Positions 56,375 through 64,000 of a stretch of 64,000 nucleotides of DNA are shown in pieces. The stretch is from the NCBI GenBank assembly GCA_017535435.1, contig JAFXTY010000060.1:654-64653 (forward strand), given 5' to 3'. The position numbers were made by a program, and so were the translations under genes. Each line of letters starts with the position of its first letter. Position 1 is the stretch's first letter. This DNA comes from Spirochaetia bacterium (GTDB lineage: Bacteria > Spirochaetota > Spirochaetia > CADAEX01). Below the pieces are notes generated by a model. The model did no database searches. It was not told the DNA's origin and was given only the letters and a program-made list of their open reading frames with translations.

Positions 56375-57364
56375 ATGAAAAAGAGAAAATTAGTTAGGGG
56401 ATTAGTCGAATTTGTACTGGTCATGGCATTCTTGTTCACAGTTGTTATCTGCATTGGGGACAGGATAAGATTGTCTGGCCACAAGGAGCCGGTGTTCGAA
56501 AACGCAAAAGTGGTACCCGAAGCGAACTATAATTTGAATGCGGAGACACAAATGGCTATGGCTACTGCAAAGGAAGTTGCATATCAGTATGCTTGCGACG
56601 AGTTGGACAAATGGATAGCAGAGATAATGAAAGAGACAGACCGTTTCGCTAATGAATATTTTGAATATGGAGCAGAGAACAGCCGGGGGCTTTCAGCAGT
56701 CTACCATGATGTAATGCATAAGTTGATTAGTTCGCATAAGACAGCAAACGAAGCATTGATGGAAGACTTGGAGCAGCAGATTTCATGTCATCTTTTTAAC
56801 AAAGAGGCAGCACAGGCAAGAATTACAAACATAACAAACGAAACTGTAGCGGTCTACATGAAGACTTTTGGCCGGGAATTAGCCAAGATTCAGGAGAAGC
56901 ACAGTATACCTCAGCCAGTGTGGGACAAGCATATTTACCATCTCTGCTCCATAACCGCAGGCTTTGACTCAAGAAGTGTTCCTATGACAACTAAAGTTGT
57001 TGTCTCAACAGCAGCCGGTATTACTCTTAAGGTTGCAACTCCACTTGTTGCCAGAGTTGGACAGCATGTAGGAGAGAAGTTTGCTGCCAAAGCAGGGACA
57101 AAATTTGTTGCTAAAAACTTTGGGAAGTGGATTCCCGGACTTGGAACGGTTATTGCAGCAACAGTAATAGGCTGGGATTTGATAGATTACAAGCTGACTG
57201 CAGAGAAGAACAAACGTGCTCTTAATGCAGGGTTTGATTTGTATTTTCAGGAGATGAAAACCGAACTTCTTGGACCGACTGACGACAGCATCATGGGGTC
57301 TATTACCCTGTTGGAAAACAACATTAAGTCTAAGCTTGCTTTAAGTAAGGAGGACACAATATGA
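56375..57364 (+). CDS. uncharacterised single-pass membrane protein, paralog A
   Basis: 329 aa; N-in TM (VEFVLVMAFLFTVVICIG), long helical domain, C-terminal Gly/Ala-rich hydrophobic segment (…GLGTVIAATVIGWDLIDY…) and conserved tail QEMKTELLGPTDDSIMGSI. Confidence 0.6.
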   Translation: MKKRKLVRGLVEFVLVMAFLFTVVICIGDRIRLSGHKEPVFENAKVVPEANYNLNAETQMAMATAKEVAYQYACDELDKWIAEIMKETDRFANEYFEYGAENSRGLSAVYHDVMHKLISSHKTANEALMEDLEQQISCHLFNKEAAQARITNITNETVAVYMKTFGRELAKIQEKHSIPQPVWDKHIYHLCSITAGFDSRSVPMTTKVVVSTAAGITLKVATPLVARVGQHVGEKFAAKAGTKFVAKNFGKWIPGLGTVIAATVIGWDLIDYKLTAEKNKRALNAGFDLYFQEMKTELLGPTDDSIMGSITLLENNIKSKLALSKEDTI

Positions 57365-58344
57365 AAAATTATATCAGGATTATATGCTATCTGATTGCTG
57401 CTGTATTTGTTATAACAGTTGTTACCATATTTGGCTATTCCAACTCTTCAGAGCCGGAGGCCCCGCATTTTGAAAGCAGACAGATAGAAGAGAAGGAGTT
57501 TGTCTTTGACCACAGGATAGACATGGAAATACTTGATTCCTTGGACTTGGCTGAACAGAAGGCCAAAGAATATGCAGCCGGACGGCTTGATCGTTGGATT
57601 TCTGGGTTGATGGTGCGTACTGACAGTTTCCTTGACGAATATTTTAACCTGCTCAATGTCAAAAAGAGAGAGGTATCTGCAGCATGGCATACCGTCAGTC
57701 ATAAAATCAGCAAGAGTTCACCTTCGGCAGAAGATGTCATTATGGATGACCTGATGGCAAGATTTGAAGAGAAGGTTCTTAACCGGAATGATGCACAGCG
57801 GATGCTGGAGGATATAGGTAACAACGCTATAATGGTTTTTATTGACTTATTTGAACATGGCCTTGATTTGATTAAGGAAAAGTATAGTGTACCTGAACAG
57901 GACTGGACGAAACATATTTCCAGTTTGTGTGGCTATGCGGCAGACTTTGAGGCACGGCGGGTATCTATTATAGCCAAGATCTCAATAGCGAGCTCAGCTG
58001 TACTTGGAACGGAAGTTGCCTATAGAATTGTGTCCTCCGTTGTTAGTAAGCTTGGAAAGAATCTTGCAATTAAAGCTGGAACAAAGGCAGCCGGTTCAAC
58101 AGGAGCAAAGGCCGTAAGCAGTGCTGTCCCGATTGTTGGTTTTGCTATCACAGCAGCTGTAATAGGCTGGGATATCTATGACTCTATCACCACTTCAGAA
58201 CGGAATAAACGGGATATGCGAGCTGGAGTTGAACAATATTTCCAAGAAATGAAGGCATATCTTCTTGGCCCAGCCCAGGACAGCATCATAGGCTCTATTG
58301 TTTTATGGGAAAAAGAAGTACGGAACAGGATTCAGACACGATAA
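57361..58344 (+). CDS. uncharacterised single-pass membrane protein, paralog B
   Basis: 327 aa; ATGA overlap with paralog A; alignable along its length (…AVIGWDIYD…, QEMKAYLLGPAQDSIIGSI; KYSVPEQDWTKHISSLCGYAADFEARRV vs KHSIPQPVWDKHIYHLCSITAGFDSRSV). Confidence 0.6.
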   Translation: MKNYIRIICYLIAAVFVITVVTIFGYSNSSEPEAPHFESRQIEEKEFVFDHRIDMEILDSLDLAEQKAKEYAAGRLDRWISGLMVRTDSFLDEYFNLLNVKKREVSAAWHTVSHKISKSSPSAEDVIMDDLMARFEEKVLNRNDAQRMLEDIGNNAIMVFIDLFEHGLDLIKEKYSVPEQDWTKHISSLCGYAADFEARRVSIIAKISIASSAVLGTEVAYRIVSSVVSKLGKNLAIKAGTKAAGSTGAKAVSSAVPIVGFAITAAVIGWDIYDSITTSERNKRDMRAGVEQYFQEMKAYLLGPAQDSIIGSIVLWEKEVRNRIQTR

Positions 58345-58355
58345 GGAGGAAAGGA

Positions 58356-58589
58356 ATGACATTAAACTATTTTATGAACTTGCTTGAGGACCATGGATGG
58401 GATGTTGAGAGTGACCCTCTTTGTTTTACTAATGGAAATGCCGAGATTCACATTGGGTTTAATGAGTATGACGAAGAATATATTGAAGATGGTGCTCTTC
58501 TTTGTCATGTCACATGGATCAAGTTTACAAGGCGAAGTATGACAATTTTTTGGGATGATGGCGATAGTTGGAGATATAACTATTGGTGA
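58356..58589 (+). CDS. small acidic Trp-rich hypothetical protein (77 aa)
   Basis: Start MTLNYFMN… 6 nt after GGAGGAAAGGA; 12 nt downstream of paralog B; acidic, aromatic-rich. Confidence 0.4.
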   Translation: MTLNYFMNLLEDHGWDVESDPLCFTNGNAEIHIGFNEYDEEYIEDGALLCHVTWIKFTRRSMTIFWDDGDSWRYNYW

Positions 58590-58701
58590 AAGAAAAATAG
58601 GGTATTTTAAGCCCTATAAGAGGGGGATAGAATTATTGAGGGCGACGTCCAAACCTGCAGGGGAGTTGCCATATTTGAACCATAGAGAACCTCCTTACTT
58701 T

Positions 58702-58735
58702 GGGGGACCGAGCAATCGGTCTCCCCTTTTTATTT
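58702..58735 (+). terminator. rho-independent terminator (GGGGGACCGA-GCAA-TCGGTCTCCCC + T-run)
   Basis: GC-rich stem with one bulge, followed by TTTTTATTTT; separates membrane-pair operon from patatin-LRAT unit. Confidence 0.6.
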
Positions 58736-58799
58736 TCAGAGTTGGGTGGAATAATCTTCGTGAATACTGTAATCTCTTATATGGGAGAAAGCTAATACT

Positions 58800-59879
58800 A
58801 TGTTTTTCAAGCGTAAGATAGGGTTAGTTCTGGCAGGGGGCGGCGGCAAAGGAGCGTACGAGCTCGGTGTCTGGAAGTACCTGTCAGAGATAGGCCTTAT
58901 CAAGAAAATATCTGTTATCTCAGGCTCTTCGGTAGGGGCGCTGAACGCCATCCTGCTGAACCTATGTGATTTTGATACTGCTGTAGACATATGGACTACC
59001 CAGCTTGAGAGCAATATCCTTGACTTCAAATCCACCACAAAGCGGTCCGGGGCTATCTTCAGCAGGGAAGGGCTCTATCGGATTATGGAGCAGCTGGATT
59101 TCAGCAAGCTGCCTGCACTTAAGAAAAAGATATATGCAACCTGCCTCAATACTGATACTAAAAAACCTGAGAGCTTCTGTCTGAACAATTATGACGAAGA
59201 GACTGTGAAGCAGCTCCTGTGTGCCACCAGCGCCATTCCCCTTGTGTTCCAGGGTGAGAAGATTTTCGGAAACAACTATATTGACGGTGGTTGGGGAGAT
59301 GAGGTCCCTATCCAGCCTCTGCTGGATGAGGGGTGCACCGATGCAATCGTGGTGAACCTTAAGCGTAGTTATCATGTGGATTATTCCGGCCTTGGGATCA
59401 ATACAGTTGTGATTCATCCAACTGTCAACCTGGGGGACAACTGGTTTGGTATTCTTGACTTCTCTGCCAAAGGGGCACACAGACGGATGAAGCTGGGCTA
59501 TGATGACTGCAGAAGAAGGTTTGCACCACTCCTTAAGACATTGCGGGGACACTTGAGCTTCAGCCTCAGCGGTGTCCGGGCCAAGAAGATAAATGCCATG
59601 ACTGACGAGGAAATCCTTCAGAGGACCTTGGAGGTGATATCTGCCCATCCTGAGCATCTTAATGAAATACAGGGGTATTTCAACATCGATTTCCTGACGG
59701 CCGGTGGCGAGGTGTTCTGGAAAGAGCTGGCAGAATATCATGGCTGGCGGTTCCAGGAGAACAATATCACCAGACATATAAGACTGATTGATCCCACCAA
59801 TTTCCGCCGGGCCTGGGGCAGGAGACGGCAGCTGGTGGATTACTGCCGCTCTTTTTTAATTGGACAGTTGGCGAAATAG
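58800..59879 (+). CDS. cytoplasmic patatin-like phospholipase
   Basis: 359 aa, no signal peptide; oxyanion LVLAGGGGKGAYELGV, nucleophile GSSVGALNA (GxSxG), catalytic IDGGWGDEV (DGG). Confidence 0.85.
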   Translation: MFFKRKIGLVLAGGGGKGAYELGVWKYLSEIGLIKKISVISGSSVGALNAILLNLCDFDTAVDIWTTQLESNILDFKSTTKRSGAIFSREGLYRIMEQLDFSKLPALKKKIYATCLNTDTKKPESFCLNNYDEETVKQLLCATSAIPLVFQGEKIFGNNYIDGGWGDEVPIQPLLDEGCTDAIVVNLKRSYHVDYSGLGINTVVIHPTVNLGDNWFGILDFSAKGAHRRMKLGYDDCRRRFAPLLKTLRGHLSFSLSGVRAKKINAMTDEEILQRTLEVISAHPEHLNEIQGYFNIDFLTAGGEVFWKELAEYHGWRFQENNITRHIRLIDPTNFRRAWGRRRQLVDYCRSFLIGQLAK

Positions 59880-59903
59880 CCTTTCCGGAGGTATATTTAT
59901 AAT

Positions 59904-60368
59904 ATGACAAGTATCACTGAAAAAGTTCCGCTCTCTGGCGATGTGATAGTCGCAGACCGGGGATTATACAAGCACTATGGTATTTATATCGGGAACGGCC
60001 GGGTCATCCACTATTCGGCTGGCATGGGCATAGAGCTGGATGCAGCCAAGGCTAAGATAATCGAAACTTCCCTTGCTGAATTCCTGGATGGCAGCGCCCT
60101 CTATGTGGAGGAGTCGGATGAGCCGGGCGCCTTCCCGCCGGACCGTGTGGTGGAGAGGGCCAGATCCATGGTGGGCCACCTACATGGCGAGTACAACATT
60201 GCCTTCAACAACTGTGAGCATTTTACCCACTGGTGCAAATACGGAACTAAAGAGTCGAGCCAGGTGAACACGGTCCTGAAGGCAGTGGTGGGCGTGGCCG
60301 CCATTGCCTTGGGACTTGCCGCCGGGGGCAAGTTCCTGGGCGGGAAGGGTGGAAGAGGCCTGCTTTAA
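59904..60368 (+). CDS. LRAT/PLAAT-like (NlpC/P60 superfamily, H-box/NCEHF) protein with C-terminal membrane tail-anchor
   Basis: 154 aa; His box HYGIYIGNGRVIHY and catalytic-Cys motif NCEHFTHWC as in LRAT/HRASLS acyltransferase-phospholipases; C-terminal VLKAVVGVAAIALGLAAGGKFLGG hydrophobic tail; 24 nt after patatin gene, GGAGG RBS. Confidence 0.7.
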   Translation: MTSITEKVPLSGDVIVADRGLYKHYGIYIGNGRVIHYSAGMGIELDAAKAKIIETSLAEFLDGSALYVEESDEPGAFPPDRVVERARSMVGHLHGEYNIAFNNCEHFTHWCKYGTKESSQVNTVLKAVVGVAAIALGLAAGGKFLGGKGGRGLL

Positions 60369-60961
60369 GCCTTCTTTCCCAGCCCTATCACAAATGTTTC
60401 GAAGGAATTGCTCCGGGATGCCTGGGGCTTCAATATCTTCACTGCGCTGAAGTGCTTCTTCATATCCTCAAGAATCTCTTTCTCCTTGCCTCCCTGGAAC
60501 ATCTTGAACACAAAGTTACCGCCAGGGGTAAGCACCTGCAGGGCAGTATTGTAAATCGATTCTATCAGCTGTATTGAACGTTCGGTATCCACTATCTTGT
60601 TGCCTGTGGTGGATGGAGCAGCATCGCTCACTACTGCATTGTAAGGCCCTTTCTCTGCCAGCAGCCTTATGTTTTCGGGGTCAAAGGCATCGCCCTGGAC
60701 AAAGAAGAAGTTGGGGTTCTTTATAGTTATGCTCAAAGGCTTGAGGTCGATGGCTGACAAAAAACCGCTTTCTCCCAGCATCCTCATGATATACATGGTC
60801 CAGCTGCCTGGGGAAGCCCCCACATCCAGCACCTTGAAATCTTTCTTTATGACGCTGAATTTCTGCTGGATCTCCTGCAGCTTGTAGACAGAGCGAGCAG
60901 GGTAGCCTTCCTTCTGCGCCTTCTTGGTATAAAAATCATCGTCCCAGGTTCCTTTTTTCAT
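60365..60961 (-). CDS. rlmE: 23S rRNA (uridine-2'-O)-methyltransferase RlmE (FtsJ)
   Basis: 198 aa; ARSVYKLQEI…, SAM motif VLDVGASPGSW, FtsJ K-D-K-E pattern (…VVSDAAP…, …FVFKMFQG…). Confidence 0.82.
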   Translation of the reverse strand: MKKGTWDDDFYTKKAQKEGYPARSVYKLQEIQQKFSVIKKDFKVLDVGASPGSWTMYIMRMLGESGFLSAIDLKPLSITIKNPNFFFVQGDAFDPENIRLLAEKGPYNAVVSDAAPSTTGNKIVDTERSIQLIESIYNTALQVLTPGGNFVFKMFQGGKEKEILEDMKKHFSAVKILKPQASRSNSFETFVIGLGKKA

Positions 60962-60995
60962 CTTGCATTAAAACCCTATTACCCTTACATTATAT

Positions 60996-62033
60996 ATGAT
61001 GAGATTAGCAAAAATCGAGGAATATTTACAGACCATTCTCCCGGAAAAAGTTAATAAAAACTGGAAAGAGGCAGTAATGGGCCCTGCTGTAGTCAAGGAT
61101 GAGTTCCTGGACCAGATTAATGCACCGGCCCGGGATCTCCTGAGCCGTGGCGGCAAACGGTGGCGTCCTCTTCTTATGATGCTCTTCTACAACCTGTACC
61201 GCCCTGATGATGAAATCCTGCCCCTTACACCTCTGGTGGAACTGCCCCACAACGGCAGCCTTATAATTGACGATATTGAGGATTCCTCCGACTTCCGCCG
61301 GGGTAAGCCTGCAGTTCATCTTCTATATGGCACCGATCTTGCCATCAATACCGGCAACTTCCTCTACTTCTTGCCCCATATATTCATCGATTCGTGCTCA
61401 TTCCCGGATGAGATTAAGCTTGCAGCCTACAGCTATTACAACGAGAGCGTGACCAAGCTCCACGTAGGGCAGGGGCTGGATATTCTGTGGCATAGGGATA
61501 AGGATTACATTCCTTCTGTGGACGAATATATGACCATGTGCAGCTTCAAGACAGGATGTCTTGCCCAGCTTTCCGGCCGCTTGGGTGTAAGAGCCGGCGG
61601 TGGTTCTGAGGAGACTGCCCTTGCCATGGGAAAGGCCTGCAAGCAGATGGGAGTGGGATTCCAGATACTTGATGATGTGACCAACCTGACCACTGGAAAC
61701 CCTGGCAAGAAACGGGGGGATGACATTGTGGAGGGGAAGAAGAGCCTTCCTGTAATTCTTTGCAGCCAGCTGGGCGGCGACATGACCCGACTTAAGGAAA
61801 TCTTAGCCTATGCAGGAGAGCAGGGCATAGAGAAGGCAGGTGATGCAGTGGAGGAGGCTATAGCCCTTATCCAGGCTACAGGTGCAATCGACAAGGCAAA
61901 GGAAAAGGCTCTTTCTATCCTGGAAGAGAGCCGGAAGACTATAATGAACTCATATCCGGCCAGCCCTGTATTGGATGAAATAAACGCCCTGTTCAGCTCA
62001 TTCCTCAAACCTAAAAAAGGAGAAAACAGATGA
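60996..62033 (+). CDS. polyprenyl diphosphate synthase (trans-isoprenyl diphosphate synthase family)
   Basis: 345 aa; first Asp-rich motif LIIDDIEDSSDFRRGKP, second ILDDVTNL; chain-length class not assignable. Confidence 0.85.
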   Translation: MMRLAKIEEYLQTILPEKVNKNWKEAVMGPAVVKDEFLDQINAPARDLLSRGGKRWRPLLMMLFYNLYRPDDEILPLTPLVELPHNGSLIIDDIEDSSDFRRGKPAVHLLYGTDLAINTGNFLYFLPHIFIDSCSFPDEIKLAAYSYYNESVTKLHVGQGLDILWHRDKDYIPSVDEYMTMCSFKTGCLAQLSGRLGVRAGGGSEETALAMGKACKQMGVGFQILDDVTNLTTGNPGKKRGDDIVEGKKSLPVILCSQLGGDMTRLKEILAYAGEQGIEKAGDAVEEAIALIQATGAIDKAKEKALSILEESRKTIMNSYPASPVLDEINALFSSFLKPKKGENR

Positions 62034-62671
62034 AAATCCGGGACCTTCTTTCCACCAGGTTCAGATATGTCTACAACAACTGGTGTCTATATATAATCAT
62101 AGCCAATGTGGCAGTATTTCTGCTCACCTCTATGAACAGCCGCCTTGCCTCATACTTGGCCATGAACCCAATCAATGTGGCGCATCATCACATGTACTGG
62201 CAGTTTGTCACCTATATGTTTGTCCACGGAAGCTTAAGCCATCTCTTCTTCAACATGCTGGGTCTATACTTCTTCGGAATAGCTGTGGAGCAGTCCATCG
62301 GCAGCAAAGAATTTCTCCTGTTCTACCTTTTGTGCGGAACCCTTGCCGGTATCTTCTCCTATTTTGTCTATGTGAACACAGGCTATTTCCGTATATTCCT
62401 GCTGGGAGCCTCGGGCGCTCTTTTTGCCGTGCTTCTGGCCTATGCAGTGATATTCCCTGATTCAACTGTGTTCCTTTTCGGCATTGTCCCGATGTCGGCA
62501 CGGATGCTTATTCTGGGCTACACCGTGCTTGAGATTGTCTACCAGATGACTGGCTACAATGCTGGGGTTGCCCATCTGACCCACCTGGGTGGCTTTGCGT
62601 TTGCCTATCTTTACTTTGTGATCCGGTTCAGAGTTAATCCTGCAGACCGGCTTTTCGGCAGGAGACGTTGA
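62030..62671 (+). CDS. rhomboid-family intramembrane serine protease
   Basis: 213 aa; 6 TM; catalytic GASGALFAVL (GxSG) and His in AHLTHLGGFAFAY; ATGA overlap with upstream gene. Confidence 0.85.
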   Translation: MKIRDLLSTRFRYVYNNWCLYIIIANVAVFLLTSMNSRLASYLAMNPINVAHHHMYWQFVTYMFVHGSLSHLFFNMLGLYFFGIAVEQSIGSKEFLLFYLLCGTLAGIFSYFVYVNTGYFRIFLLGASGALFAVLLAYAVIFPDSTVFLFGIVPMSARMLILGYTVLEIVYQMTGYNAGVAHLTHLGGFAFAYLYFVIRFRVNPADRLFGRRR

Positions 62672-62672
62672 A

Positions 62673-63149
62673 ATGTTCAGACCTATGCGGAGATTCAAGC
62701 AGCAGCTTTCCCAGGAGGATTGCGTCTCTATTCTTAAGAGCGAGGTGAGGGGTATCCTGTCTCTTCTTGGTGATGACGATTATCCCTATGGAGTTCCTCT
62801 TGATTTCTACTATTCAGAGGAAGATGGCCATATCTATTTCCATGGTGCAGGGGAAGGACATAAGATTGACTCCATCAAAAAGCATGACAAGGTCTCATTC
62901 TGCGTCATGGACAAAGGAACCCCCGATGCCGAGAGCTGGTTTCTCCATTTCAAGAGCGTGATAGTGTTCGGCCGCATCAAGATTGTGGAAGACCATGCCA
63001 AGGCTCTTGATATCTGCAGAAAGCTTAGCTATAGGTTTGGATTGGCTCCAGATGTTGTTGAGAAGATGGTTGAGAAAAGCGGAGCCCATGTCACCTGTCT
63101 GGAGCTTATTCCAGAGCACATAACCGGCAAAGCTGTAAAAGAAGAGTAA
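62673..63149 (+). CDS. pyridoxamine 5'-phosphate oxidase-like FMN-binding split-barrel protein (NimA-like)
   Basis: 158 aa; MFRPMRRFKQQLSQEDC… typical PNPOx-like/nitroimidazole-reductase-family N-terminus and beta-barrel pattern. Confidence 0.6.
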   Translation: MFRPMRRFKQQLSQEDCVSILKSEVRGILSLLGDDDYPYGVPLDFYYSEEDGHIYFHGAGEGHKIDSIKKHDKVSFCVMDKGTPDAESWFLHFKSVIVFGRIKIVEDHAKALDICRKLSYRFGLAPDVVEKMVEKSGAHVTCLELIPEHITGKAVKEE

Positions 63150-63150
63150 T

Positions 63151-63996
63151 TCAACTTTCCAGAAATAATTTTATTTTTTCCAGCCGTTTCTCTGCAACTT
63201 GGCGTCCTGCTTCGTAGCACCGCTGCAGTTCATCAGGATTATGCTCTATCCGGGATATTCCCAGAGGTTTCTCAGGGCACAGCACTATAGCCTTTCCCTC
63301 TTTCTCCTGCTGGAATGCATAATCGTGCTGCCGGTTGTAATCGATATGGCGGTTCTCCATCTTTGCAAGGAGCTTGGGATAGCGGCGCAGAGAAAGTCGC
63401 ATTGGCTTTATAAGGGAATCAGGCTCTTTGATGAAATCCTTTGGCTGGGTCAGAATCACAATGTTCTTGTCGTAGCCCATCTCCTGGAACTTTGCCAGGG
63501 GGATTGAGTCGGTCATGCCTCCATCCAGAAGCTTGTAGCTGTCCACCTTCACCACGCTGGAGACTAATGGCATGCTGGCGCTGGCTCTCATCCATGTAAG
63601 GTCGGTTCCATATCCTGTCTTCAGCTCCTTGTAGATAGGTTCCCCAGTGAGGCAGTCTGATACCACCACGTAAAAGCGCATAGGGTCTTTGGCAAAGGTA
63701 TCGTAGTCGAAAAGATCCAGCTTGTTTGGAATCACATTGTAGCAGAAGTCGGCGCCATAGAGGTCGCCTGTAAGGAGCAGGGATCGGAGGCTGCAGTACC
63801 GCCAGTTGCGGGCAAAACGCTTGTTGTACCGTATTACACGGCCTATCTGATGTGATTTATAGTTGCAGCCGAAGGTGGCGCCGGCGGAGACGCCGATTGC
63901 GCCGTCAAATTTGATGCCGTGCTCCATCAGCACATCGCAGACACCGGCGGTGAACATGCCCCGCATGGCTCCGCCTTCCATTACCAGTCCAGTCAT
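63151..63996 (-). CDS. patatin-like phospholipase
   Basis: 281 aa; LVMEGGAMRGMFTAGV (GGxRG), GVSAGATFG (GxSxG), LLDGGMTDSIPL (DGG). Confidence 0.85.
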   Translation of the reverse strand: MTGLVMEGGAMRGMFTAGVCDVLMEHGIKFDGAIGVSAGATFGCNYKSHQIGRVIRYNKRFARNWRYCSLRSLLLTGDLYGADFCYNVIPNKLDLFDYDTFAKDPMRFYVVVSDCLTGEPIYKELKTGYGTDLTWMRASASMPLVSSVVKVDSYKLLDGGMTDSIPLAKFQEMGYDKNIVILTQPKDFIKEPDSLIKPMRLSLRRYPKLLAKMENRHIDYNRQHDYAFQQEKEGKAIVLCPEKPLGISRIEHNPDELQRCYEAGRQVAEKRLEKIKLFLES

Positions 63997-64000
63997 AATA

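Noticed and set aside
58962-59777. 271-aa minus-strand ORF opposite the patatin gene
   Set aside because: It is antisense to a patatin with all three catalytic motifs. There is no RBS, and no signal favours it.

Overview
This 64 kb window is a bacterial chromosomal segment, about 50% G+C, densely packed with genes on both strands. The lipobox and signal-peptide proteins, the outer-membrane beta-barrel signature and the gene content point to a diderm bacterium, but the taxon cannot be assigned from sequence alone.

The first ~48 kb is mostly core or housekeeping genes:
- Ribosomal and DNA-metabolism genes: rplM-rpsI, a recX-like gene, murA, an XPB-type helicase, uvrD/pcrA, dnaX-ybaB-recR, rimO-like, an RsuA-family pseudouridine synthase, and dapB-dapA.
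- Metabolism: thymidine (pyrimidine-nucleoside) phosphorylase, a stand-alone TrpB2-like tryptophan synthase beta homologue, an Fe-alcohol dehydrogenase, a GHMP (mevalonate-kinase-like) kinase and a DHH phosphoesterase.
- Transport: a polar amino-acid ABC system, a PotABCD-like ABC system, a DAACS symporter, an MFS transporter, a TAXI-SBP::GltS-like fusion and a voltage-gated-type channel.
- Lipid metabolism: a phospholipid headgroup cluster, pssA-psd plus a flippase-like membrane protein plus a NAPE-PLD-like MBL hydrolase.
- RNA genes: tRNA-Ser(GGA) and tRNA-Arg(TCT).

The most unusual part is a ~12 kb accessory segment (about 48.5-60.4 kb). It sits between the dapA terminator and the convergent rlmE gene and carries no integrase, IS element or flanking tRNA. 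Its contents, in order:
- a Cys-containing hypothetical protein;
- an HTH-Fic (class II, auto-inhibited) AMPylase-type protein;
- a strongly AT-rich (about one-third G+C), translationally coupled three-gene cassette of large Lys/Asn/Asp-rich proteins with no recognisable motifs;
- an NYN(PIN-like)-LOTUS protein;
- a DUF1232 membrane protein;
- a pair of paralogous, overlapping (ATGA) single-pass membrane proteins, followed by a small acidic protein;
- a cytoplasmic patatin-like phospholipase, immediately followed by a tail-anchored LRAT/PLAAT-like (H-box / NCEHF) papain-fold protein.

The AT-rich trio and the membrane-pair/patatin/LRAT module are the best candidates for an undescribed system, possibly defence or membrane-targeting; this is inference only. 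Together with a PlpD-like patatin autotransporter near the start and another patatin at the end, the window has three patatins and an unusually phospholipid-centred gene set.

No CRISPR array, rRNA or transposase was found. Coordinates of small regulatory elements are hand-counted and may be off by 1-2 nt.
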